A stretch of DNA of 64,000 nt. It comes from a virus (taxonomy: Duplodnaviria > Heunggongvirae > Uroviricota > Caudoviricetes). The translations under genes were made by a program, and so were the position numbers. Location: the IMG/VR virus record IMGVR_UViG_3300013126_000009; one strand, given 5' to 3'. The notes under the pieces were generated by a model that saw nothing but the letters and a program-made list of their open reading frames with translations, was not told where the DNA came from and searched no databases. Position 1 is the first letter of the stretch; each line of letters starts with the position of its first letter. This document shows positions 30,105-40,283 of this stretch, piece by piece.

Positions 30105-30747
30105 GATTTTCGTTAAGCGTAGCTTTAATCCTTTTACGACCCTCACTCATAATACCCATATTAGATAATAATTCAACTTTGTTTTCGTCTGAAACATCTT
30201 TAGACATACATAAATCACCCAAATCATTAGAGAAGCACTCAATATTAGGTTCAGTTTTTAATTTTGACCATATTTTAGGTATTTCTTTATCATTTTGGCG
30301 TCTACTAGGGCTACTATAAAGATGACCATAAATATCGATAAAACGCTTATATAATTTATAACCTAAACCCAAACCACGTAACTTATCACTAATAGCTATG
30401 TGTGGTTGATATAACTCGTTCTTTGTCTCTTGAATATCAAAGGCAATACCTTTAGTTATACCACTAAAACCGTCTATAATGACTTTAAAGTTTATTGGTG
30501 AAGTTGAATTTAACGGTTCAAAATCAATTTTATCTATTGGTAAATCTCGCAACGATTTTTTATCATCATCAGAAATTTCAATTGGCTGAACCATGCTGAA
30601 TTTAGGTAGTTCCATCTCGTTTAAAGGTTTTCTTTTTTTGATATTAGATATTACAACCTTATCACCATCCCTCTCGACCCCAAACTCTCTAGGACTTAAG
30701 TTACGATAATATTCAACGTAATATTCTACTCTATCAAAATCTTCCAT
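30082..30747 (-). CDS. hypothetical protein with GNAT-like acetyl-CoA motif
   Basis: HIAISDKLRGLGLGYKLY resembles GNAT motif A; TATTTA upstream on the minus strand (30755-30760). Confidence 0.45.
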   Translation of the reverse strand: MEDFDRVEYYVEYYRNLSPREFGVERDGDKVVISNIKKRKPLNEMELPKFSMVQPIEISDDDKKSLRDLPIDKIDFEPLNSTSPINFKVIIDGFSGITKGIAFDIQETKNELYQPHIAISDKLRGLGLGYKLYKRFIDIYGHLYSSPSRRQNDKEIPKIWSKLKTEPNIECFSNDLGDLCMSKDVSDENKVELLSNMGIMSEGRKRIKATLNENLNRFYSH

Positions 30748-30796
30748 TTAAATATAAATAGTTGTAACATTGATTAAGTTATTGTATATTTGTTGC

Positions 30797-32569
30797 ATGA
30801 ATATGAATATTAAAATAGATGATAGACCTAAAGTCGATTTGGAACCTGTCAAACACGTATATATACATCGTGACACCAATGTGAAGTATAAATCTGTTAC
30901 AACAGTACTACAGATGGTCGAACCGCATTTTGATAGTCAAGGCGTTGCTGAGGCAATATATAGACAGAAAGATGAAGCCAAAAACCCCAAATATATCGGG
31001 ATGGATGTTGACCAAATATTGGATTATTGGCAAGAACTTAATGATACGGCAAACGAATACGGCACTCATGTTCATGAAACAATTGAAACATACCTTTTAA
31101 AACATAAACTTTGGTATCCAGAAGATGAATTACAAAAAAAGGTGATTGAGGGTTATGAGAGTTTAGAGGTTGATGAGGGTATAATGATGTATCCAGAACG
31201 TATAATGTTTGCCGAAGAATATAACCTTGCTGGTACTGCGGATTTGGTTATTGATATTGATGATACTTTCTTCGATATAGGCGATTGGAAGGGGTTGGAT
31301 GTCAATACACCAATATTTACCGATTCTGGCTGGAAGACTATGGGTACCATTACCACATCCGATATGGTATACGACATGGATGGTAATATGGTAAAGGTTT
31401 TGCATACATCTGAAATTAAAAATGTACCCTGTTATGGGATTAACTTTGATAATAACGAATATGTTATAGCTGACGAAGACCATCGATGGTTAATATCATT
31501 CTATAGGAATAAGAAATTTAGAGATGTCGTGATGACTACTAAAGAATTATTTGATTATCTGAATGCGTTAAATGAATCTGGTAAGAAGTGGAGTCATAAA
31601 ATACCTAAAGTTAGAATGGCTAAACCTATACTGAATTTTGCGTTGAACCTACCTATTGACCCATATGTTTTAGGAGTATGGTTGGGTGATGGTCATTCGG
31701 TAGATAGTAAGATTACTAATATGCACGATAAAGTATGGGGGGAAATTGAAGATAGAGGTTATGCTTTAGGTGACGATGTTAGTCAGGGCGGGGCTGGCAA
31801 AGCCCAAACTAGAACAGTATTTGGTATGATGTCAAAATTAAGGGAATTGGGTTTACTTAAAAATAAACATATCCCAGATGTATATTTACATTCCTCTTAC
31901 GAACAGAGACTAGATTTATTAAGGGGTTTCATGGACGCGGATGGTTATTACCACCCAAACAGGAAGAGGTTTGTCATGAGTACAACCAGAGACTGGCAAG
32001 TTGAGGCTTTCACTAAATTAGCGTCTAGTTTAGGTATTAAAATAACTACGATACGATTGACTAAAAAATTAAATGGTAAAGAATTTGAGGTCACTGACCT
32101 AAGTTTCACCACCGAAAATATTAACCCATTCTTAGTCAGAAATCAAACTGAGGTTGAGTACCCAAATAGAAATCATTCGGGGTTCAAGAATATTTTATCG
32201 GTTAATAAAGTTGACAGCGTACCAACTAGATGTATAGAAGTAGATAGCCTCACCAGCACCTTCTTATATGGTCACACTTTTTCAGTAACACATAACACAA
32301 ATAAGGTCTTTAATTTCTGGAACCCATATGGTTTTGAGACGCTGTTAAAACCTTTTGACCACTTACAGAATTGTCAATGGTCGGTTTATACATTACAATT
32401 AAGTACATACGCTTATATGTATGAACTTGAGACTGGTAGGAAGTGTAGACATATATGGATTGGGTATTGGGACAAAGAAAAAGAAACTATGACAAGAATT
32501 CCAATAATGTACCTCAAAACTGAGGCTAAGAAACTATTGGAAATGTATAAATACAAAACAATATTATAA
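30797..32569 (+). CDS. PD-(D/E)XK exonuclease interrupted by an intein
   Basis: Exteins read GTHVHETIE...AGTADL...DWK|TNK...YTLQLSTYAYM; TATATTTG at 30785-30792 favours a start at 30797 or 30803. Confidence 0.85.
   Translation: MNMNIKIDDRPKVDLEPVKHVYIHRDTNVKYKSVTTVLQMVEPHFDSQGVAEAIYRQKDEAKNPKYIGMDVDQILDYWQELNDTANEYGTHVHETIETYLLKHKLWYPEDELQKKVIEGYESLEVDEGIMMYPERIMFAEEYNLAGTADLVIDIDDTFFDIGDWKGLDVNTPIFTDSGWKTMGTITTSDMVYDMDGNMVKVLHTSEIKNVPCYGINFDNNEYVIADEDHRWLISFYRNKKFRDVVMTTKELFDYLNALNESGKKWSHKIPKVRMAKPILNFALNLPIDPYVLGVWLGDGHSVDSKITNMHDKVWGEIEDRGYALGDDVSQGGAGKAQTRTVFGMMSKLRELGLLKNKHIPDVYLHSSYEQRLDLLRGFMDADGYYHPNRKRFVMSTTRDWQVEAFTKLASSLGIKITTIRLTKKLNGKEFEVTDLSFTTENINPFLVRNQTEVEYPNRNHSGFKNILSVNKVDSVPTRCIEVDSLTSTFLYGHTFSVTHNTNKVFNFWNPYGFETLLKPFDHLQNCQWSVYTLQLSTYAYMYELETGRKCRHIWIGYWDKEKETMTRIPIMYLKTEAKKLLEMYKYKTIL
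31292..32296 (+). mobile_element. class 3 intein (335 aa) with LAGLIDADG homing endonuclease
   Basis: Starts GLDVNTPIFT; block B DHRW; blocks C/E LGVWLGDG and LLRGFMDADG; block F TRCIEV; ends SVTHN|T. Confidence 0.88.
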
Positions 32570-32582
32570 TACTGTGAATGAT

Positions 32583-33146
32583 ATGGAAACAATAACGTTA
32601 AACTTAAAAAACCGAAATATTTTTTTATCTGAAGAAATTAACCAAGAAAGCGTTAGGGATGTAATTAAAGAAATTATAGAAATAAATGAACGTGATGATT
32701 ACTTAACAAAATATGGCGAATTACACTCGTTTGATTACGTTAGAAAACCAATAAACTTGTATGTCGATTCATTTGGTGGTAGCGCTTATCAATGCCTTGG
32801 TTTAATAAGTGTCATGGAAAAATCGGTAACACCAATTCACACTATAGTTACTGGTGCAGCAATGAGTGCGGCCTTTATGATTTTAATTAACGGACACAAA
32901 CGTTTTGCTTATAGATTTTCAACACCATTATACCATCAAGTGTCATCTGGTGTTTGGGGTGAGTTAAAATATTTAGAAGACGGGGTTGACGAAGCACGAA
33001 GATTACAAAAATTGATTGAGAAGATGGTATTAGATAAAACACATATTACAAAAGAAAAATTAAAACAAGTCTATACAGAAAAAATCGATTGGTATATAAC
33101 ACCAAGTGAAGCTTTAAAGCTTAATATAATTGATGAAATAATTTAA
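32583..33146 (+). CDS. clpP: ClpP-like protease subunit (copy 1)
   Basis: DSFGGSAY, GAAMSAA (Ser) and LYHQ (His) motifs. Confidence 0.85.
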   Translation: METITLNLKNRNIFLSEEINQESVRDVIKEIIEINERDDYLTKYGELHSFDYVRKPINLYVDSFGGSAYQCLGLISVMEKSVTPIHTIVTGAAMSAAFMILINGHKRFAYRFSTPLYHQVSSGVWGELKYLEDGVDEARRLQKLIEKMVLDKTHITKEKLKQVYTEKIDWYITPSEALKLNIIDEII

Positions 33147-33152
33147 TATCAT

Positions 33153-33962
33153 ATGGTAAAATATTTAATCCATCTTGCGGACATCCATGTTAGAACATAT
33201 CGTTTTCATGACGAATATGAAGAGGTTTTTGAGAATTTATATGAAAAATGTAGAGAACTAACCAAAGACTACGAATATAATGAAGTTAGAATCGTAATCG
33301 TTGGGGATATCTTACACCAAAAGATAACGATATCAAACGAATCTTTATTGGTTGTTTCCAAGTTCTTTAGGAAACTATCAGAAATAGCACCATTAGTTGT
33401 TGTTGCTGGTAATCATGATTTATTAGAAAACAATATTGAAAGATTAGATAGTATCACACCAGTAATTGAGTTATTGGATAGCGATAAGATAAAATATTAT
33501 AAAGAAAAGAAGTGTTATTTGGATGATAACATTGTTTGGTGTAACTATTCAATCTTTGAACATAATGAAAGACCTGATATTGAATCTGCCAGAACTGAAT
33601 ATGGTGATGATAAAACTTATGTCGGCTTATTTCATGCTCCAATAATAGGCGCTAAAACGGATTTGGGTTATACGTTTGATAGTGGTACGAGAGTAGATTT
33701 TTTCTCAGGTTGCGATATGGTACTATTAGGTGATATTCATAAACAACAAAAACTTGATTTTGATATACCAGTTGTTTATGTTGGTAGTCTCGTGCAACAG
33801 GACTTTGGCGAATCGGTATCAAACCATGGTTTCTTACTATGGGATATTCAAACTAAAACATATGAAGCCATTGAAGTTGATAACCCATATAAGTACTATC
33901 TATTTGAGGTCAATTCGATTGATGATATCGATAATGACGTTGAAGTTTTAAAAAACGCATAA
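33153..33962 (+). CDS. SbcD/Mre11-like nuclease (T4 gp47-like)
   Basis: ADIH, GDILH, GNHD, HA and GDIH metallophosphoesterase motifs. Confidence 0.85.
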   Translation: MVKYLIHLADIHVRTYRFHDEYEEVFENLYEKCRELTKDYEYNEVRIVIVGDILHQKITISNESLLVVSKFFRKLSEIAPLVVVAGNHDLLENNIERLDSITPVIELLDSDKIKYYKEKKCYLDDNIVWCNYSIFEHNERPDIESARTEYGDDKTYVGLFHAPIIGAKTDLGYTFDSGTRVDFFSGCDMVLLGDIHKQQKLDFDIPVVYVGSLVQQDFGESVSNHGFLLWDIQTKTYEAIEVDNPYKYYLFEVNSIDDIDNDVEVLKNA

Positions 33963-33964
33963 AG

Positions 33965-34405
33965 ATGGAACTACCGAAAGACCTTAAAGACCAAATTTGG
34001 CAGTATTGTATGGCTAACGATATTACTGACATAAACAAATTTATCATAGATTTGGTTAAAAGTGGGTTTACAATAGAAAAATATGGTTATGACCCCAACG
34101 GCAGTAAGGTAGATACAAAAGTTGTTGAGAAAGAAGTAATCAAAGAGGTTATAAAGGAAGTGGTAAAAGAAGTTCCAGTTGAAAAGATTGTCAAAGTGTC
34201 TGATGATGAGGAAATTAATAAATTATTAAAGGAAATAAGTGACTTAAAAGACAAACATAGTGCCGAATTGTCAGAATATGATAAAACGGTTAAATCTTTG
34301 GAAGAAAAAATAACTGAATTAGAAACAAATAAGAATAAAACAACCCAAACCGACATTTATGGTGAAAGAGTTAAAGGTCGAATGGGTTCAAATTTATTAG
34401 ATTGA
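33965..34405 (+). CDS. hypothetical coiled-coil protein
   Basis: 146 aa with an EKEVIKEVIKEVVKEVPVEK repeat. Confidence 0.7.
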   Translation: MELPKDLKDQIWQYCMANDITDINKFIIDLVKSGFTIEKYGYDPNGSKVDTKVVEKEVIKEVIKEVVKEVPVEKIVKVSDDEEINKLLKEISDLKDKHSAELSEYDKTVKSLEEKITELETNKNKTTQTDIYGERVKGRMGSNLLD

Positions 34406-34408
34406 GAT

Positions 34409-36757
34409 ATGAGTAATACATTATCACCATACGGTAGAATAAAAGTATATTGGAATGATAGACCAGAAAACTATTCTAGGTCAAATAGAAACACCATACG
34501 CAATAAGTTTGCTAAAAAGTATGGTATTGACAAAGATAAGGTTAAAGTGGTTTATAGACCCGTTAAAATGGATAATAAGGGTAATCTCGTCAAGTTGGAT
34601 GGGGTTAAGATTGACAATATCGGTGATATAAACTACCAAAGACAATTATTCAAGGAGTGGCTTGAAAGGGAAAACAAAGATGTTGATTTTGACCAATTGA
34701 TGCGTTTGGATGATAAGGTTAATTCCGAATTGGATGTGGATGTTATCCAAAGTAACAATAAGAAGTGGGAATTTGAGTGGGTTATGGTTGATAACTTTTT
34801 ATCTTTTGGCGATAATAATTATTTTCCAATCAATAAATTTAATGGGTTAACAACAGTTACGTCAAACCCTCCCAACCAGGGTGGAAAATCGACATTAATT
34901 ATTGATGCGTTTAAATTTTTACTATTCGGCACTACCAGTAAGACCAATAAGAACGAACAGATATTCAATAGATATCGAGATAAGGATAGTTTGACCGTTA
35001 GGGGTTTAATGCGTATTGAGAATGAAGATGAGTTTATCATTGAACGAATGTTAACGAGAAACGGTAAAAAACATGGTGGTTGGTTAGTTAAAAATATTGT
35101 TAATTACTATAGGATACTTCCAGATGGCGAGGAAGATAAGATGAATGAAGAGGATTCAGTTCAGACCACCAAAAAAATACAAGAAACTGTCGGTAGTGTT
35201 GATGATTTTGATTTGGTTACTTTGGCAACAGGTAAGAATTTGGATTCATTAATTGATTTTTCTGTCACAGAAAACGGGAAAATATTTACAAAGTTCATTG
35301 GTCTTGAAATAATGGAGCATAAAGAAGCTATCGTTAGAAAGTTATATAATGAATTTCAGAAGACAATGAAATCCAACATGTATAACATTGTTGATTTGAA
35401 TGAGCAACTTGAGTCAGATACTGAAAAACTTTCATTGACACAGGAGTTATTGGTACAAGCTGAAACCCTTAAAGCGTCAGCAAAGACCGAATTGGATGAT
35501 TTGGGTCAGCAAAAGATTGACTTGATTAATAGCAAGGAAAAAATTGATGAGAAGTTATCAATGAGTAACCCAGATAAGGTCACCAATGAAATTGATGAGA
35601 TAACAAAACTTGGTATCAAGTATAAGGAAAATCTTAAAGAGATAGTTGATTCAATTTCACAAATAGGTGAGGTCTTTTATGATGAATATAAAGAAAAACG
35701 TTTAAATGACGAGCTGAACAGTATCATAACAAAAATAGGTATTCGTCAAAACGATATAACAAAATATCAGAGAGATATATCATCTCTAAGAAACTCTGAA
35801 ATATGTGGTACATGTAAAAGACCTTTGGAGGGTGTTGACAACACTGAAAATATCAAAGAACTTGAAAGCAACATCAAAACTGCTGAAAATGACATAAAGG
35901 GTTTTGAAACAAGACGTTCCGAATTGAAAAGTGAAATAGATTCGATGAAAGAGTTTAAAGAATCTTTAAATAAGAAACAAAGACTTGAATTGGAACGAGA
36001 TAGAATCAATGTAAAGTTAGATGAACTTAGAAATAAGTTGAAAGAACTGAATAATCTCAAGAAAGAATATGATTCCAATGCTAAAGCAATTGAATTCAAT
36101 AAGAAGGTTGAAGCAAATGTCAGTTTTGTTAATTCAAAAATACAAATTAAGACACATGAACATGAGGAATTGGTTAGAAAGATTGAAAACATCAAAAATG
36201 AAGTTACAACACTAACCAATAACATTCAGAACAATACGGCTTTAGTAAAACAGATTGAAAAGGAATTAAAAGCTGAGAAGTTGTATAAACTTTATATTGA
36301 GATGGTGGGCAAAAAAGGTGTTTCAAAGATTGTTTTACGTTCAGTTCTACCAATTATAAATTCAGAACTTGAAAGATTACTTGAAGGTGTATGTGATTTT
36401 GATGTTGAAGTTAGGATGGATGACAAAAATGATGTACATTTGATGATATTGAAAGACGATGTTGAAGGTTTATTGAAATCAACCAGTGGTTTTGAACGAA
36501 CGGTAAGTGGTGTTGCTTTAAGATGTGTGTTGGGTGTTGTATCAACATTACCGATGCCAAACTTCATAGCCTTTGACGAGGTGTTGGATAAGGTTGCGAA
36601 TGAAAATATACCAAATATGAAACCATTATTTGATAAGATAAAAGACATGTATGATAAGGTGTTTATAATAACACACGATGATTTGGCCAGAGATTGGTCA
36701 GATAAAATAATAACAATTACAAAATCAGATAACGTATCAACGATAAATTATATCTGA
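34409..36757 (+). CDS. SbcC/Rad50-like ATPase (T4 gp46-like)
   Basis: Walker A NQGGKST; CGTC hook in the coiled coil; TSGFE signature; FDEVLD Walker B; ITHD. Confidence 0.88.
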   Translation: MSNTLSPYGRIKVYWNDRPENYSRSNRNTIRNKFAKKYGIDKDKVKVVYRPVKMDNKGNLVKLDGVKIDNIGDINYQRQLFKEWLERENKDVDFDQLMRLDDKVNSELDVDVIQSNNKKWEFEWVMVDNFLSFGDNNYFPINKFNGLTTVTSNPPNQGGKSTLIIDAFKFLLFGTTSKTNKNEQIFNRYRDKDSLTVRGLMRIENEDEFIIERMLTRNGKKHGGWLVKNIVNYYRILPDGEEDKMNEEDSVQTTKKIQETVGSVDDFDLVTLATGKNLDSLIDFSVTENGKIFTKFIGLEIMEHKEAIVRKLYNEFQKTMKSNMYNIVDLNEQLESDTEKLSLTQELLVQAETLKASAKTELDDLGQQKIDLINSKEKIDEKLSMSNPDKVTNEIDEITKLGIKYKENLKEIVDSISQIGEVFYDEYKEKRLNDELNSIITKIGIRQNDITKYQRDISSLRNSEICGTCKRPLEGVDNTENIKELESNIKTAENDIKGFETRRSELKSEIDSMKEFKESLNKKQRLELERDRINVKLDELRNKLKELNNLKKEYDSNAKAIEFNKKVEANVSFVNSKIQIKTHEHEELVRKIENIKNEVTTLTNNIQNNTALVKQIEKELKAEKLYKLYIEMVGKKGVSKIVLRSVLPIINSELERLLEGVCDFDVEVRMDDKNDVHLMILKDDVEGLLKSTSGFERTVSGVALRCVLGVVSTLPMPNFIAFDEVLDKVANENIPNMKPLFDKIKDMYDKVFIITHDDLARDWSDKIITITKSDNVSTINYI

Positions 36758-36776
36758 TAGAAGAAATTATGTGGAG

Positions 36777-37613
36777 ATGGATAAAAGAATGCACTATGGG
36801 AATGAAACTGCGGTAACGTCATATTTTAAAGACATAAGAAAATATGATTTATTAACGAAAGAAGAAGAGATTGAATTAACCAATAAGATAAAAAATGGTG
36901 ATGAAAAATCACTAAAAAAATTGATGGAATCCAATCTTAAGTTTGTGATAAGAATAGCAAAGGAATATCAAGGTAATGGACTACCATTAAGTGACCTTAT
37001 AAGTGAGGGTAATTATGGTATGATGAAAGCTGCCAGCAAATTTGAGCCAGAAAAGGGTTATAGATTCATATCTTATGCCGTTTGGTGGATTAAACAATCG
37101 ATATTACAGTCATTGAATGATAATTCAAGAATAGTTAGACTACCAACAAACGTTGTTAATAAAATAAGTACACTTAAAGCGCAAATCGAAAAGTTTGAAC
37201 ATGAAAATGAACGTGAACCAGTCTTTGGCGAAGTTCTATGTGAAGATGGTGATGTTTATGATTTTGAAACCTCACAGTATAGATTATACCTCAATGACTG
37301 TGTAAATGATGACGATAGCTCAACGGAATTCGGTGATTTACTATGTGCAGATGAGGAAAGAACCAGCTTTGATTTAGAAGAAGATAAACGGCTTAAGACC
37401 GAATTGGCCAATGTTTTATCTAAATTGGACGATAGAGAAGCTGAAATTCTAAAACTATATTTTGGTATCGACAGTGAGTTTGAACCAATGACACTTGAAG
37501 CGATTGGTGATAGATATGATTTAACAAAAGAAAGGGTAAGGCAAATCAAAGAACGTGCAATTCTTAAACTAAGACACCACGCCAAAACACTCCATGATAT
37601 TATTAATTCTTGA
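36777..37613 (+). CDS. RNA polymerase sigma-70 family factor (RpoD/RpoS-like)
   Basis: SNLKFVIRIAK, DLISEGN, FISYAVWWIKQSI and TLEAIG...TKERVRQI regions 2 and 4. Confidence 0.92.
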   Translation: MDKRMHYGNETAVTSYFKDIRKYDLLTKEEEIELTNKIKNGDEKSLKKLMESNLKFVIRIAKEYQGNGLPLSDLISEGNYGMMKAASKFEPEKGYRFISYAVWWIKQSILQSLNDNSRIVRLPTNVVNKISTLKAQIEKFEHENEREPVFGEVLCEDGDVYDFETSQYRLYLNDCVNDDDSSTEFGDLLCADEERTSFDLEEDKRLKTELANVLSKLDDREAEILKLYFGIDSEFEPMTLEAIGDRYDLTKERVRQIKERAILKLRHHAKTLHDIINS

Positions 37614-37644
37614 TTTTTAGATATTTATATATAAATAGATAAAC

Positions 37645-38841
37645 ATGAAAATTAAGTATTTGGTGTGGTTGGGTGCCTTATTATTGGCATCATGTGCAGC
37701 CATTATTTCGGTTAAAGGTCTGGCGTTACTATTTGGTGGCGGCATTATCCTATATTTCATATTTGGTACCATGGAAGGTATCAAGTTGATAACTGCTGGG
37801 GTTGTTGAAAGATTCTGGTCAGCATTACCAACAACATTGAGAACATATCTGATTGGTGGTGTGGGTATTTTGATGTTAATAACCAGTTTGGGTATCTATG
37901 GATTTTTTAGTGGTAACTATCAAGGTGTTGCCGATAAATTGACCGTTGAGGATGGTAAAGTAGAACTTATAGAGAATAGAATTAAAGTATTTGAAGATAG
38001 AATAAGAACTAATAAGGAAAATATTGAAGGTAAGAAAGAAATTAGGTTGGGGTATAGTAATGAAAATTCTGAATTATCAAACAACCTTCAGTTCAGTCAA
38101 GGGATAACCGAAAACGGTAACCAATATAACTACTTGTCTAAAGACCAAAAAAATAATCAAAAAATAATAGAAAACAATAAGGAAAAGATTGATAAATTAA
38201 ATATTGAAATCGATGAATTATTGGAAACGAATACGACACTTTCGGATTCAATCATAGTAAATAAGGGTAAAATTAACGAAATTAGGTCAAATAGTGATAT
38301 AACTGCTGAAGTTGGTCCATTAAGATATTTGAGTGATATTACAGGTTTACCTATGGGTAAAGTTGTAAATATTCTAATGATGCTTATTGTGTTCGTATTT
38401 GACCCAATGGCAATCAGTTTAGTTATTTTGGCTAATAAGTTGGATGAACTCGATACTAAAAATAACACTAAACAACCAAAGATAAAAAAAGGTGAGTTAA
38501 AGGACACTGTGACATTTGAAAATCTTAAAACCGAAACCTTTGAGGACGAAGAAGAGATTGTTGACGTGGTATTACCAATCGTTCAACCAGAACCAATAAA
38601 TGAAGACCCGATAGTTGAACCAGAACCAATTAAAGAAGAACCTAAAGAAGAAAATGTAACCAATAATTTGGGTCATATTGGTAAAAAGATGTTACAGAAG
38701 TTGGTCAACCCGTCAGAACAAAAGCCAAAGAAACAACCAATTATCACCAAAGGTAAAATAACACAAGAGGATGTTCCTCAGATAAAAGAAGGGTTAAATA
38801 GAGGTTTTTCAGTTAACGTACCAGAAAGAAAAAAAAAATAA
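37645..38841 (+). CDS. membrane-anchored coiled-coil protein
   Basis: Three N-terminal TM segments, a coiled coil, a fourth TM and an acidic Pro-rich tail. Confidence 0.7.
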   Translation: MKIKYLVWLGALLLASCAAIISVKGLALLFGGGIILYFIFGTMEGIKLITAGVVERFWSALPTTLRTYLIGGVGILMLITSLGIYGFFSGNYQGVADKLTVEDGKVELIENRIKVFEDRIRTNKENIEGKKEIRLGYSNENSELSNNLQFSQGITENGNQYNYLSKDQKNNQKIIENNKEKIDKLNIEIDELLETNTTLSDSIIVNKGKINEIRSNSDITAEVGPLRYLSDITGLPMGKVVNILMMLIVFVFDPMAISLVILANKLDELDTKNNTKQPKIKKGELKDTVTFENLKTETFEDEEEIVDVVLPIVQPEPINEDPIVEPEPIKEEPKEENVTNNLGHIGKKMLQKLVNPSEQKPKKQPIITKGKITQEDVPQIKEGLNRGFSVNVPERKKK

Positions 38842-39471
38842 ATGGATATTGACACTACCAGTTACGCTTTAAATGTTGACAACTTTAAAAAAAGTCAAAC
38901 TAAGAAAAAACGTATAGTTATGGTTAATTCATACAATTACGGTATGAATCATTTCCATGGGTGGCAAAATAGGATTTGTGGTTCGTATGATAAAGTAACA
39001 CACTTCACTGTCACTAAAGATGGTAAGGTATATCAACACTTAGATACTGATTATACTACTAAATTAATTGGTAATCGATTAGATGACGATATTATATCAA
39101 TAACTTTAGAAAATGTTGGGTTTTTACGTTTAAAGATTGATGACGGTAATTTAGTTAATTGGTTGAACGATATTCATACGGATGACAACATAACATTTAA
39201 GAAATGGCGAGGTTATGATTTTTGGGATAACTATACAAAAGAACAATTTAATGCTGTTTCCGATTTAGTCAGATATTTATGTAATAGATTCGATATCCCA
39301 AAAAAGGTTGTTGGACATGGAATCAAACTTGAAAACGCAAATACACTTGATGGTGTAATGTATCGAAGTAATTTTGATAGGTATTACTTGGATTTATCAG
39401 CATCTTGGAATTTTGGTGAATTCAAAAATATAATTGAACAAAAAACTAATGAAAATGAAATCATTGATTAA
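38842..39471 (+). CDS. Amidase_2-like protein, probably degenerate
   Basis: HFTVTKDGKVYQ, ITLEN, YTKEQF and VVGHG; the first Zn-ligand His is absent (IVMVNS). Confidence 0.65.
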   Translation: MDIDTTSYALNVDNFKKSQTKKKRIVMVNSYNYGMNHFHGWQNRICGSYDKVTHFTVTKDGKVYQHLDTDYTTKLIGNRLDDDIISITLENVGFLRLKIDDGNLVNWLNDIHTDDNITFKKWRGYDFWDNYTKEQFNAVSDLVRYLCNRFDIPKKVVGHGIKLENANTLDGVMYRSNFDRYYLDLSASWNFGEFKNIIEQKTNENEIID

Positions 39472-39874
39472 CGAATACGACATCACAAAGATGATGATTC
39501 AAAAAATAAACGAATCAAAATTAATTCGTGAACAGGAAGAAACTATTGATAACACACAAAGTCCTGATGGTCAAACAATAGAAGGTTCCAATTTACAAGA
39601 TGAAATAAAAAGATTCACGGATTATTTAGGTACTAATCGAGTGGACTTTAATGAGCTTAATATATATCCAAAAGAGAATAATGCGGTTTGGTCTGGTAAA
39701 TTCACAAACGGAATTGAATGGCAAATATCAGTAAATGATGATTTGGTGTTAAATACTCAAGGAACACCAATTGATGACCCAGAAATGGAGTTAATTGAAA
39801 AACTAAAAAAATATTCAAGTGTTTGGGCTGAAGATTGGGCCAAAAAACTTAGAACAGACTATAAAAACGCTTAA
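39455..39874 (+). CDS. hypothetical (possible head-associated) protein
   Basis: N-terminal LINE/INE/IRE motifs. Confidence 0.6.
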   Translation: MKSLINEYDITKMMIQKINESKLIREQEETIDNTQSPDGQTIEGSNLQDEIKRFTDYLGTNRVDFNELNIYPKENNAVWSGKFTNGIEWQISVNDDLVLNTQGTPIDDPEMELIEKLKKYSSVWAEDWAKKLRTDYKNA

Positions 39875-39887
39875 GTCGTTATACGTT

Positions 39888-40283
39888 ATGGTAGAAAAAA
39901 CTGATTATACTAAATTATCATTAATAATGAATGGCGTTATGGCCTTGTTATTGGTTGGTACGTTAATTTATTTTTTGGTATTTCATGAATCACCAGTAAT
40001 TGAGAGATATCAAGCGGAAATAGCAACACTAAAAACTAAAAACGAGCAATTAATTAATGATTTTGATAAAATACAAAAAGAAAAAGAGATATCAAAAAAA
40101 ATAACAGAAAAACTTGATAAGGGGTTAGATAATATAACTAAAGAATTGAAAACCGTTAATTATGAAATTTATATACTCAATAAAAACAGGAATAAAAAAG
40201 AGCCTTTTGTTAGTAATCTTCCTAATGACTCCATTGCTGGTGAATTCACAAAGTATTTACAACGGAGAAATCAAACGCGGTGA
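39888..40283 (+). CDS. TM plus coiled-coil protein (possible spanin-like)
   Basis: N-terminal TM and coiled coil; overlaps the next gene; near amidases. Confidence 0.45.
   Translation: MVEKTDYTKLSLIMNGVMALLLVGTLIYFLVFHESPVIERYQAEIATLKTKNEQLINDFDKIQKEKEISKKITEKLDKGLDNITKELKTVNYEIYILNKNRNKKEPFVSNLPNDSIAGEFTKYLQRRNQTR

Noticed and set aside
30797-32569. Cas4 call for the nuclease
   Set aside because: No four-Cys Fe-S cluster pattern is visible in the exteins and no cas genes are nearby.
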